Shown here piece after piece: positions 1 through 8,591 of a DNA stretch of 64,000 nt. Every line of letters begins with the position of its first letter. The first letter of the stretch is position 1. This DNA comes from Candidatus Bathyarchaeia archaeon (GTDB taxonomy: Archaea; Thermoproteota; Bathyarchaeia; Bathyarchaeales; Bathycorpusculaceae). The notes beneath the pieces are model-generated. The model searched no databases and was not told where the DNA came from. It was given only the letters and a program-made list of their open reading frames with translations. The DNA lies in the NCBI GenBank assembly GCA_049970895.1, contig JBMFMB010000003.1, positions 1 through 64,000 of the forward strand. The letters run 5' to 3'. The translations under genes and the position numbers were made by a program.

Positions 1-70
1 CTCCGGTTTCCGTTTGTTTCCCATGCTTTGGTGTCTTTTAAACTTTTTCTTTTGACAGTTAGGATTTATG

Positions 71-661
71 CTATATTGCGCTAAGCCCAGATGCAATTAG
101 ATGTGCAACGCGGAGTGCTTCTGGTATATAGCTTCGCGTAGATGTCGACTGCAAAATTTTCCTAGCATCTTCTTCGGAAATACCTGCGGTTTGTATGTAA
201 ATCTTACCTTTGCCACCTCTTATTGGCACTTCATAAAGTTCTCCAGCGTTAAGTATGGCTTTCCATCGTTCTTCGCCCTTTGGGAGCTTTTTTAGGGCTT
301 CGCGGATTTCTTCAAAGTTTGGTTTATTTCTTGTGATGGCTATTACCGGAAGCCCGGTGGCTGCGTTGAGCCTTTTAATGTCCACAACGTTGAAGCCCGC
401 GATGGTTACGCCATTGAGCATTATAACCCTCAACTGTTTGTAGTGAGGGGAACCCTTAATCATAGATGCAATCTTTCTTGTGGCTTCGAACCCGTCAACC
501 CTAACTTTTGTGTGCATAACCCCGTCAAGCCAGTATCCGCCACGAAAAACGACGCCGACAACTGGCACTAAGCCTTTTGTGTGGGGTTTGAATACTCCGT
601 CGTCAACCCCTAAAACTCGGATTTCAGGCTTTATTACACGAAATTTTTCGGTAGCTGCCAA
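71..661 (-). CDS. DUF99 family protein (endonuclease V-like fold, endonuclease dU)
   Basis: RVLGVDDG N-terminus, NGVTIAGFNVVD, C-terminal IPEALRVAHLIA. Confidence 0.85.
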   Translation of the reverse strand: MAATEKFRVIKPEIRVLGVDDGVFKPHTKGLVPVVGVVFRGGYWLDGVMHTKVRVDGFEATRKIASMIKGSPHYKQLRVIMLNGVTIAGFNVVDIKRLNAATGLPVIAITRNKPNFEEIREALKKLPKGEERWKAILNAGELYEVPIRGGKGKIYIQTAGISEEDARKILQSTSTRSYIPEALRVAHLIASGLSAI

Positions 662-812
662 AAATTTCCCTCGTGTTCAGCAGAACATAGAGGCTGATAA
701 GCATTATAAGTTTAGCGAAGAAGGCTTGACATGAATGGCATGGCATAAGAAAGTTTAAAAGTTGTTTGGAGTGCAAAACTAAATACGTTTAGGGCTGGCA
801 CTGTGAAGGTTT

Positions 813-1004
813 ATGGATAAGGCAGAAGCTGTTGGCGCATTTTTAATTGCCATGGGACTCTTGCTAGTCATTCATCATATTATTTTCTGGCAGAGACCTT
901 TTGATTTGGCTGATATGCTTCATCACGAGTTTTTTGAGGCAATATTTTTCACTGCTGGCATAACCCTCCTAATAACTGCATGGTCAAAAAGGCGGAGAGG
1001 TTGA
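813..1004 (+). CDS. small two-TM membrane protein
   Basis: Two hydrophobic segments, DMLHHE motif; 3 bp upstream of next gene. Confidence 0.65.
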   Translation: MDKAEAVGAFLIAMGLLLVIHHIIFWQRPFDLADMLHHEFFEAIFFTAGITLLITAWSKRRRG

Positions 1005-1007
1005 AAA

Positions 1008-2360
1008 TTGAACCTCTTAATCCACGGCGGAACAATAATCACAATGCGAGGGAACGAAATAATCCGCGAAGGCGCCATAGCCATAGAAAACGGAACAATA
1101 ATTGACGTTGGAAAAGCTGGGCAGGTGCTTCGGAAATATGGAAGCGGCTACGAGAAAATAAACGCTAAGGGAAGGGTTGTTGTTCCGGGGCTTATAAACA
1201 CCCATCAGCATGCAGCCATGAGCCTTTTGAGGGGTTATGCTGACGATTTACCCCTACAAGAGTGGCTTGAGAAGTGGATTTGGCCCATAGAGGGGTTGAT
1301 GACTGCTGAAGACATTTATGTTGGTAGTCTGCTGACTGCTGTTGAATCAATAATGGGTGGTACAACCACCGTTAACACGATGTACCATTACATGCCATGG
1401 GAAAACGAGGCTAAAGCCCTTGCAGAAGCCGGTGTCAGAGGTGTTGTTGGGCATGTTTGCTTTTCATGGAGAAAGGACGAGGATAGAAAAGCCCTAGAGG
1501 ATTTAGCCAGAAACTGGCATGATAAGGCTGAGGGGCTTATCCGCGTCAGCGTTGACCCCCATGCGCCCTACACTGTTGATCCAGAATACATGAAAGAGCT
1601 AAAGGCGCTGCGTGAAGAGCTCAACAAGAGGTATGGTTCTGAAAGGGCGCCGATTATTTGGCACATTCACGTGGCGGAAACATTTGACGAGGCTGATAAG
1701 ATAAGGAAAGCCTTCAACGTTAATGTTAAAGGCGGTGTGATGGAGTATTTGGACTCTTTAGGTGTTTTGGACGAGCATGTTATTGCAGCACATTGTGTGG
1801 CACTAACGGATAGGGATGTAGCAGTAATGAAAGCCAGAGGCGTTAAGGTTTCCCATAACCCGATTTCGAATCTTAAGCTTGCTTCTGGCATAAGCCCAGT
1901 CCCAAAAATGCTGGAGCACGGCGTAACGGTCTCACTTGGCACGGACAGTCCATGCTCTAATAATGCTGCGGACATGTTTGAAGTTATGAAATTGACAGCC
2001 CTACTTCATAAGGGGGTTAACAGAAACCCAACAGTAATGTCTGCGGAGCAAGTTTTGAAAATGGCAACTTTGGATGGTGCTAAGGCTTTGTGCTGGGATA
2101 ATGAGATAGGCTCCATAGAGGTTGGGAAAAGGGCTGATTTGGCTATCATAAACTTTGAAAAGCCGCACCTATGCCCATTATACAACGAGTTTAGCCACCT
2201 CGTTTATGCCGCAAAGTCTTCGGATGTTGAAACCGTCATAATAAATGGAAAAATAGTAATGGAAAACAGGCGCCTAACAACTTTGGACGTTGACAAAGTT
2301 ATGGGAATGGTTGGGAAGGCTAAAAACCGCCTTTTGGAAAGGCTTCAAGCGCAACGTTAA
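1008..2360 (+). CDS. mtaD: amidohydrolase, MTA/SAH/5'-deoxyadenosine deaminase family
   Basis: PGLINTHQH, HIHVAET, AAHCV, HNPISNLKLASG, LGTDS; adjacent to ahcY. Confidence 0.85.
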   Translation: MNLLIHGGTIITMRGNEIIREGAIAIENGTIIDVGKAGQVLRKYGSGYEKINAKGRVVVPGLINTHQHAAMSLLRGYADDLPLQEWLEKWIWPIEGLMTAEDIYVGSLLTAVESIMGGTTTVNTMYHYMPWENEAKALAEAGVRGVVGHVCFSWRKDEDRKALEDLARNWHDKAEGLIRVSVDPHAPYTVDPEYMKELKALREELNKRYGSERAPIIWHIHVAETFDEADKIRKAFNVNVKGGVMEYLDSLGVLDEHVIAAHCVALTDRDVAVMKARGVKVSHNPISNLKLASGISPVPKMLEHGVTVSLGTDSPCSNNAADMFEVMKLTALLHKGVNRNPTVMSAEQVLKMATLDGAKALCWDNEIGSIEVGKRADLAIINFEKPHLCPLYNEFSHLVYAAKSSDVETVIINGKIVMENRRLTTLDVDKVMGMVGKAKNRLLERLQAQR

Positions 2361-2400
2361 ATAATTGTCGGTGGAAATGGCTTAGCGGGAAGGCGATTTA

Positions 2401-3657
2401 ATGGCAAACTTTAAAGTTAAGGATGAAAGCCTAGCCTCGAGGGGATTTCTCCAAATAGAATGGGCTTCAAGGCATATGCCCGTCCTAAACCAAATCAAGA
2501 AGAGGTTCAGCGAGGAAAAGCCCCTAAAAGGCGTTGTGCTGGGCGCGTGCTTGCATGTGACAAAGGAGACGGCAGTGCTAGTTGACGTTTTCCTCGCTGG
2601 CGGTGCGAAAGTTGCCCTTTGCGGTTCTAATCCGCTTTCAACGCAGGATGAGGTTGCTGCGGCACTGGCGGAGAAAGGCGTGCATGTCTATGCGTGGCGG
2701 GGTCAAACAACAGACGAGTATTATTGGTGTATTGAAAGGGTAATAGACCAAAAACCCCTAATAACTTTGGACGACGGCGCAGACCTAGTCAGCACAATCC
2801 ACAGCAAAAGAACAGACGCGCTGCCAAACGTTAAGGGAGGCACCGAGGAGACAACAACTGGTGTTTTAAGGCTTAGAGCCATGGAGAGGTCTGGAACCCT
2901 AAAATATGCGATAATAGCCGTTAACGACGCCTATACAAAATATTTGTTTGACAACCGTTATGGGACTGGGCAAAGCACGATAGACGGCATATTAAGAGCC
3001 ACAAACATTCTATTGGCCGGGAAAAACTTTGTCGTCTGCGGTTACGGGTGGTGTGGAAGAGGCGTGGCAATGCGGGCAAGGGGAATGGGAGCCAACGTCA
3101 TAGTTACGGAGGTAAACCCTTTAAGGGCTCTTGAAGCCGTCATGGACGGCTTCCGCGTAATGCCCATAAGCGAGGCAGCAGAAATAGGCGACATCTTCCT
3201 AACAACCACTGGCGACATAAACGTCATTAGGAAAGAGCACATGGAGAAAATGCGGGACGGCGCCATCCTAGCCAACAGCGGCCACTTCAACGTTGAAATA
3301 AGCCTAAAAGACCTTAAAGAACTTGCAGTCTCAAAGAGGACTGTTAGACCAAACCTTGAAGAATACACTTTGAAGGATGGTAGGAGGCTTTACCTGCTGG
3401 CCGAGGGGAGACTTGTAAACTTAGCGGCGGCTGAGGGACACCCGTCAGAGGTTATGGACATGTCCTTTGCAAACCAAGCCCTAAGCGTCGAATACCTCGT
3501 CAAAAGTGAGAGGATGCCGCCTAAAGTTTACATGGTTCCAAGGGAGATAGACGAAACTGTGGCGAAGCTGAAACTTGGGGCAATAGGCGTAAAGATAGAC
3601 GAGCTGACAGAGGAGCAGAAGAGATATTTGGCAGAGTGGGAAATGGGCACAACTTAA
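2401..3657 (+). CDS. ahcY: adenosylhomocysteinase
   Basis: [42 protein letters not shown]. Confidence 0.97.
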   Translation: MANFKVKDESLASRGFLQIEWASRHMPVLNQIKKRFSEEKPLKGVVLGACLHVTKETAVLVDVFLAGGAKVALCGSNPLSTQDEVAAALAEKGVHVYAWRGQTTDEYYWCIERVIDQKPLITLDDGADLVSTIHSKRTDALPNVKGGTEETTTGVLRLRAMERSGTLKYAIIAVNDAYTKYLFDNRYGTGQSTIDGILRATNILLAGKNFVVCGYGWCGRGVAMRARGMGANVIVTEVNPLRALEAVMDGFRVMPISEAAEIGDIFLTTTGDINVIRKEHMEKMRDGAILANSGHFNVEISLKDLKELAVSKRTVRPNLEEYTLKDGRRLYLLAEGRLVNLAAAEGHPSEVMDMSFANQALSVEYLVKSERMPPKVYMVPREIDETVAKLKLGAIGVKIDELTEEQKRYLAEWEMGTT

Positions 3658-3735
3658 CATTTCATACGTCGCATCACATGGTAAACTTTAAAAGGAGAAC
3701 GAGCATTAAACATGGCTTTGTGTGGTGACATATAA

Positions 3736-4092
3736 ATGGTGAGCAAAGATCAGTCAATAGGAGGAGCAATATTCATCATATGCCTTATAATAGCAATATT
3801 CTATGTGATAACACTCTTCTATCCAGACTGGCTTGTGAATTTAGGTTGGGCAAGCGACCGTAGTGTTGTTCAGTTTTGGCTGGTGGCGATACCAGTTTTC
3901 ATTGCGTTCGTTGCTATAATGGGTATTGGCGCATGGATTGGCTGGACTATGGCTACTACACCTCCGCCAAAGCCCATTGAAGAGATAACAAGCGAGATCG
4001 AAGAGGAGGAGAAGAAGGAAGCCGAAACAGCCCAAGAATCCAAGGAAACTGCTGAAACAGAGGAGAAGGAAAAGGGCAAAGCTAAAAAGTAG
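3736..4092 (+). CDS. two-TM membrane protein with acidic tail
   Basis: Two TM helices, WIGWTMATTPPPKPIEE, GGTGA RBS. Confidence 0.8.
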   Translation: MVSKDQSIGGAIFIICLIIAIFYVITLFYPDWLVNLGWASDRSVVQFWLVAIPVFIAFVAIMGIGAWIGWTMATTPPPKPIEEITSEIEEEEKKEAETAQESKETAETEEKEKGKAKK

Positions 4093-4105
4093 TGCTTTAT
4101 AACCC

Positions 4106-4149
4106 CAACATCATGTTACATCTTATATTTAAAATGTAACATGATATTG
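4106..4149. repeat. inverted repeat with 12-bp perfect arms and 12-bp spacer
   Basis: ATCATGTTACAT (4110-4121) and ATGTAACATGAT (4134-4145), between convergent genes. Confidence 0.7.
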
Positions 4150-4199
4150 ATTGCCGCGGCTAGCCAAAAACTAACAGAATAATTTTTGGCGAAAAAGAT

Positions 4200-4407
4200 G
4201 TGAGCGAAGCTGAATTTCGTATGCTGTTATTTCTTAACTTTCAGCGTCCACGTGAATTATGGCTGTGAGCTTCTTCATTTCCACTTCAACCGTGTAGATT
4301 CCCTTTTCTAGAGAGACTCTTTTCGGTTTTAGGCCTCCTTTACGCCCTATTCTTTCAAGAAAGCTTGTGGCAATGGTTGTGACTGACTCAGCATTAAGCC
4401 TCTTCAT
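4200..4407 (-). pseudogene. PepSY-like small protein with probable premature stop
   Basis: Frame reads HVDAES*EITAYEIQ; the PepSY-like VDAxxxEIxxY pattern continues past TAA at 4234-4236. Confidence 0.45.
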
Positions 4408-4540
4408 CTGCGCCGCAGCCGAGGTCACGACGCCTGGAGGTTCTTTTCTGCAGAACCGCTACAACTATGGTGTCTCCCACCCATCTTCTATTGTGGGTTT
4501 TGAATGTTTAAAAGAAGGTGTGTGTATCATTGGCAACAAC

Positions 4541-4930
4541 CTACTCTGTTATGGTTTTTAGCATGCACTGCACTATTTTTTCGCAAACAATACACTGTTC
4601 TGGGACGCCCTTTTTTGCTGGGCGTTGGTTTAAATACCCAAAATAATGTTTACATTCAGTTTTCTCCGGAACAATCTGGACAGCATGCTCCTTCTTTGCC
4701 AATGGTTTCTCCTCAACTCTTCTTTCTTCCTCTGGGATTTCTGCTCTGGGGTGGATATTATCTTGGTTTTTCAACTGTTATTTCTGTTAGGCAGTAGGGA
4801 CAAGCTTTATAAACAGACACTGTTGCCAACATTTTCAACTTTTATTGGGTTTGTGAAGTTTTTCCGCATAGGGGGTTGGACATGTGTGGCTTTTGTTTTC
4901 TGCGGAGTCTTCTCTCTTCTTTTTCGTGGA
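4541..4930 (-). pseudogene. frameshifted Zn-finger protein, paralog of 11666..12046
   Basis: Across frames: HTC..PLCGK..TNPIKVEN..VYKACPYCLTEI, then the in-frame ORF CKHYFGYLNQRP..PEQCIVCEKIVQCM; GGAGGA RBS near 4935-4940. Confidence 0.65.
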
Positions 4931-4969
4931 TGATTCCTCCTAGAATTGGACTTCGAGTTTATAGTGTTG

Positions 4970-4995
4970 ATGAATCCAAAATATTTATCCTAACT
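4970..4995 (-). promoter_or_regulatory. copy of 26-bp TTCAT-anchored promoter motif
   Basis: + strand ATGAATCCAAAATATTTATCCTAACT, 21/26 identical to the 7812 copy. Confidence 0.55.
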
Positions 4996-5014
4996 AACCT
5001 TTACCGAAACAATG

Positions 5015-5593
5015 TTATGGAGATGCAAGTTTTTTGAGGTCTTCCTCGCCCTCAGCATAGCCAGAAGCAATTAGGATGTCGCCAACTTGAATTCGTGTGT
5101 CCGGTTTTGGTCTTAAGCACTTTTCTCCCCTTTTTATGGCTAGAACCCACATGCCCGTTTCCTCTGGGATTTTTGCCTCTCTCAAAGTCTTGTTCACCAA
5201 AGGCGAGTTTTCCGTCACCTTTGTGTATGTTATTGTTTCTTCAGCCTCTTCTATGGCGAGGGCTAGCACTGGGTGGGGTTCAATGCCCCTTAAAACAACT
5301 TCTGCTATTTGGGCTGCGGCGTCAGCTATCTTTTCCGTGACAACGCCAAGCCTTATAAGTCCCAGAAAGCCTTTAGCCTCCTCCCTCTTGAATTTGCTTG
5401 AAAGGACTAGTAGTTCAAATTCTGTGTGCAGTTTATCCACGTATTCTTCAAGCCTTTGGACTTCTTCGGCTAACTCCTTACTGTTTAATAGCAGCGAAGA
5501 ATAAGCCAGGTCAATCATAAGCTCTGATGTGTCTTTAAGCTCCACAAAGCGTTCAACTATTTCCTCTAATTTTTTCTGGCTTTTCCCCGCCAT
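5015..5593 (-). CDS. PhoU-like plus TrkA-C (RCK_C) domain protein
   Basis: KDTSELMIDLAYS, EKIADAA, GMWVLAIKRG..PKPDTRIQVGDILIASG. Confidence 0.85.
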   Translation of the reverse strand: MAGKSQKKLEEIVERFVELKDTSELMIDLAYSSLLLNSKELAEEVQRLEEYVDKLHTEFELLVLSSKFKREEAKGFLGLIRLGVVTEKIADAAAQIAEVVLRGIEPHPVLALAIEEAEETITYTKVTENSPLVNKTLREAKIPEETGMWVLAIKRGEKCLRPKPDTRIQVGDILIASGYAEGEEDLKKLASP

Positions 5594-5596
5594 AAA

Positions 5597-6205
5597 CTAG
5601 TCCTCCAACTTGTCCAGTTTCGCCTCGCAGAGTTCCTTCAGCTCTTTTAGTCCTTCGTGGGTGCCGCGGGCTATGAGGATGTCTCCAGCCTTAACCTTCT
5701 CATTTTCCTTCGGGTTTATTATCCAGTCTTTCTCTCGGAATATGGCGATGATATCCACGCCCATTCTTGGGGCTAGTTTCAGCTCGCCTATCTCTTTCCC
5801 GATAAGAACAGATTTTTCATTCACCTTTGCCTTTGCCAGCCGTTCTTCAACCCTTTCAAAGATTTCACTCACAATGGGGTGTACGCCTATATTCTGGGTT
5901 ACTATTGCCGCTATGTCCGCAGCAGCGTCTGAAATTTTGTCTGCTGCGGCAGCCGCCTTTGAAACTCCGACAAGGGCTTCAGCGTCCTTTGCATCTCTTG
6001 CAGCCACCATTATCGTCATTTCAAGATGGTAAGTCAGCGTGTCTATGCGTTTTTCCAACTCCATAACGTCTTCAGCCAAGTCCTTATCATTGTAGAGGGC
6101 AGCTGAGTAAGCCAAGTCTATCATTAGTTCGGAGAGGTTTTTCATTTCGCGGAGAACTTCCCTCACCGTTACGGGCTTATACTGGATTTTCTCGAAGAGG
6201 GGCAT
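5597..6205 (-). CDS. PhoU-like plus TrkA-C domain protein, tandem paralog
   Basis: KNLSELMIDLAYS, DKISDAA, GVDIIAI..P...KAGDILIARG; ATG start at 6205. Confidence 0.85.
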   Translation of the reverse strand: MPLFEKIQYKPVTVREVLREMKNLSELMIDLAYSAALYNDKDLAEDVMELEKRIDTLTYHLEMTIMVAARDAKDAEALVGVSKAAAAADKISDAAADIAAIVTQNIGVHPIVSEIFERVEERLAKAKVNEKSVLIGKEIGELKLAPRMGVDIIAIFREKDWIINPKENEKVKAGDILIARGTHEGLKELKELCEAKLDKLED

Positions 6206-6292
6206 AGCGTTTTGGGCTCTCCGACCACAATATTTAGGCAACAAATATTTTAACCCTTACCCCTAAAGGCTGGTTTTTGGCGAGTTTAGGGC

Positions 6293-7495
6293 TTAGGCTA
6301 GTATGCCAGCCCACAAGACAAGCGCCGCAAGAAGTGAAATTGTAGTTATGCTGTCGGCAAGAGAGCTCTCTATTGGGATTTCAAAATTGTCGGGGTCTAA
6401 ACCCCTCTGATAGGTTAGAATGGCAACTTCGTAGGAAACCAAAATTATTAGGGAAGCGGCAAGAATGTTAACTGTGAATAGGAAAAACGTAAATTTTGCA
6501 AGGCTTATTGGGGAAAGGGTGCCGGTTATCAGCAGGGCTAAAACCGAGTAGGCAAAATACATTATTAGGGATGCCGTCCACGCGCCTGAAATCTCCATAA
6601 AATGGTTTTTGATGGAAGAGAATGATGCCTTAAGGGTTCCTAGGGCAAGTTTTGTTGTGGCTGTTGAACCGACAACTGCACCTACATCGCCTATCGTGTC
6701 GATTAGGGCTGGATAAACAACATAGACTTGGCTGAGCTCTTTACCGCGTATGTGTTCTTCCACCTTGCCCAAGGTGGCTCCAGCAATATTAACAATGAAG
6801 GAGACTATGACAAGCGTTAAGAGGGATTCTTTCAAGGTTTTGATGAACTCTGGCTCCCTTGCATTTTTTACAATGAAGAATGCCGAGGATAGCAGCAGTG
6901 TCAAACTTATGAAAGTGAAAACATACCCCCATAAGAGGTTGTTGGCGAGGAAGAGGCTTAGCACAGTAATGTAGATCGACGTTATAAGGAGGTCTGCCAC
7001 TGTTGACTCTATTGGGTATAGGATTATGTCTGGGTCTAGTCCATGCTTGAAGGATGTGAAGGAAACCGTCAGCGTTAACGGGGAAATGGCAATCAGAGCC
7101 AAGGCCATAGTAGCCATAAAAACATTTACCAAGCCCAAAAAATCCTCAAAACCACGGAAAAGGGCTGCAATTAGGCTCATCATGAGGCTGACTTCAAAAG
7201 TCATAACCACAATTGCTTGGAAAAGCAGATAGAAGCTTTTTGTATTTCCAAAGAGGCGCGGTTGGATTATTCCAATATGTAGGGCCGTGCTCAAGCGTCC
7301 GCAAAACAAGCCGCCTATAACGCCGCGTGCACTGAGGATGGGTGGATAGATGACAACAGCCCACGGCGCCTTTGCAAAAAGGCCTGAATGGTAGGTGATG
7401 ACTGTTCCGGCGGCTATTCCGAAAATGTTGAAGGCGTAGGCCATCACCGACTGCTTCAGAGTTTCGGCGAATCGCGGTTTAACCCTCAAAGCCAT
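6293..7495 (-). CDS. MgtE/SLC41-type divalent cation transporter with duplicated membrane domain
   Basis: Two repeats, GLDPDIILYPIESTVAD and GLDPDNFEIPIESSLAD; multi-TM. Confidence 0.85.
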   Translation of the reverse strand: MALRVKPRFAETLKQSVMAYAFNIFGIAAGTVITYHSGLFAKAPWAVVIYPPILSARGVIGGLFCGRLSTALHIGIIQPRLFGNTKSFYLLFQAIVVMTFEVSLMMSLIAALFRGFEDFLGLVNVFMATMALALIAISPLTLTVSFTSFKHGLDPDIILYPIESTVADLLITSIYITVLSLFLANNLLWGYVFTFISLTLLLSSAFFIVKNAREPEFIKTLKESLLTLVIVSFIVNIAGATLGKVEEHIRGKELSQVYVVYPALIDTIGDVGAVVGSTATTKLALGTLKASFSSIKNHFMEISGAWTASLIMYFAYSVLALLITGTLSPISLAKFTFFLFTVNILAASLIILVSYEVAILTYQRGLDPDNFEIPIESSLADSITTISLLAALVLWAGILA

Positions 7496-7582
7496 AGATT
7501 AACACTCCGTAAAAATCTCAAAACTTGCGTAGAAAATTTTGGAATTAGCCAAAGGCGGATTTTAGCAGAAGTGGGTTTATGG

Positions 7583-7753
7583 TTAGGTTGTTTTAAGTGG
7601 AAGTTTTGATGAGCACGGCTGGGCAATTGCCTTTTCATTTTTCGCTTTTTTGGCTTGCTGTTGGTTAGCCTCATTATTTTCGCCTTCTTGGCTGTTTTCC
7701 ATCCATAGGCACTCCTTCAACTCGGCTTTTTCCAGCGTGCCCTCAAACTCCAC
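7583..7753 (-). CDS. possible 56-aa small protein (VEFEGTLEKAELKECLW...)
   Basis: Open frame from GTG 7753 to TAA 7583, downstream of the motif promoter; no recognised family. Confidence 0.25.
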   Translation of the reverse strand: MEFEGTLEKAELKECLWMENSQEGENNEANQQQAKKAKNEKAIAQPCSSKLPLKTT

Positions 7754-7811
7754 CTTTTATATCGCTCCCAAACCTCTAGAAATGGTGAGCAACTCCCTTA
7801 ATTATTTTTCC

Positions 7812-7841
7812 ATGAATCCAAAATCCATATCCAAAATTCAT
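7812..7841. promoter_or_regulatory. bidirectional copy of TTCAT-anchored promoter motif
   Basis: ATGAAT-CCAAAATCCATATCCAAA-ATTCAT with inverted ends and AT boxes on both sides. Confidence 0.6.
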
Positions 7842-7892
7842 AACCGTTTTAATTAACAAGCCTCCAAATCTGCGGTACAACGGTGAAAAACA

Positions 7893-8075
7893 TTGTATGC
7901 CATCTGGGTTAAAATTGATGAAACGTTGCCTTGGATTGAGCTAAGCGGAACATACCAGACAAGGGAAGAAGCCAGAAGAATGGCGAAGACACTTTTGAAG
8001 AAAATAAGAGTTAAAGTTGTCATGGTTGAGAAAGAGCGAAGGCAAATGAAGGCTGTGGTGACTGTAAAACGCTAA
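7893..8075 (+). CDS. small hypothetical protein
   Basis: GGTGA RBS, TTG start, protein-like composition (YAIWVK..WIELSGTY). Confidence 0.6.
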   Translation: MYAIWVKIDETLPWIELSGTYQTREEARRMAKTLLKKIRVKVVMVEKERRQMKAVVTVKR

Positions 8076-8120
8076 TTAGGGCTTAAGTCTTAGAAAATTC
8101 CTCTTTCTCCACTTTCAGTT

Positions 8121-8516
8121 TTAGGGTTTTAGCTGGGGATAGCAGGCTGTGCACTTGCATTCCTTGAGGGTTGGCAAGTCCTCTTGATGAAGTTTGCAAA
8201 TAACCTTCTCATACCTTATGGTGGCGCATATTTCGCAGAGCTTCTCTATGATGCTTTCTGGTGTTGCATCTTCTCTGGCGATGGCTTCAGCCAGCTTTGA
8301 TATCATTTTCATAGCTTCTTCTGATTGGGCTATTTCATCCGTAAGGATGGTTCCTCTTTCGCCCTTAAAATATTGGGTTATGGCTGCTGGGGTTAGCTCC
8401 ATTTTTTCAGAAGCCTCGATTTTTCGCATGTTATGCTTTTCTACGAGCTCCTTTGTCACTAGTACTCTTATTGCTGGAAGGAGGTATTTTACTACGATTA
8501 CGCATGGTGGTTTCAA
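8121..8516 (-). CDS. archaeal HTH transcriptional regulator with Cys-rich C-terminus (COG2522-like)
   Basis: KPPCVIVVKYLLPAIR, ASEKMELTPAAITQYFKGERG HTH, CEIC..CKLH..CKCTAC; TTG start at 8516. Confidence 0.85.
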   Translation of the reverse strand: MKPPCVIVVKYLLPAIRVLVTKELVEKHNMRKIEASEKMELTPAAITQYFKGERGTILTDEIAQSEEAMKMISKLAEAIAREDATPESIIEKLCEICATIRYEKVICKLHQEDLPTLKECKCTACYPQLKP

Positions 8517-8556
8517 TGGGTTTCCCTTGTTATTTTTGGCGTTAGGTTTATATATT

Positions 8557-8591
8557 TTTAACGGCGTTAAATAAGTTTTAACGGTGTTAAA
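8557..8591. promoter_or_regulatory. tandem palindromic operator TTTAAC-N3-GTTAAA, two copies
   Basis: TTTAACGGCGTTAAA (8557-8571) and TTTAACGGTGTTAAA (8577-8591), 20-bp period, between TTTATATA box and ATG 8592. Confidence 0.75.

Noticed and set aside
4106-4149. Possible Xer/dif site (contains TTATATTTAAA)
   Set aside because: No matching left arm at the 11-6-11 spacing.
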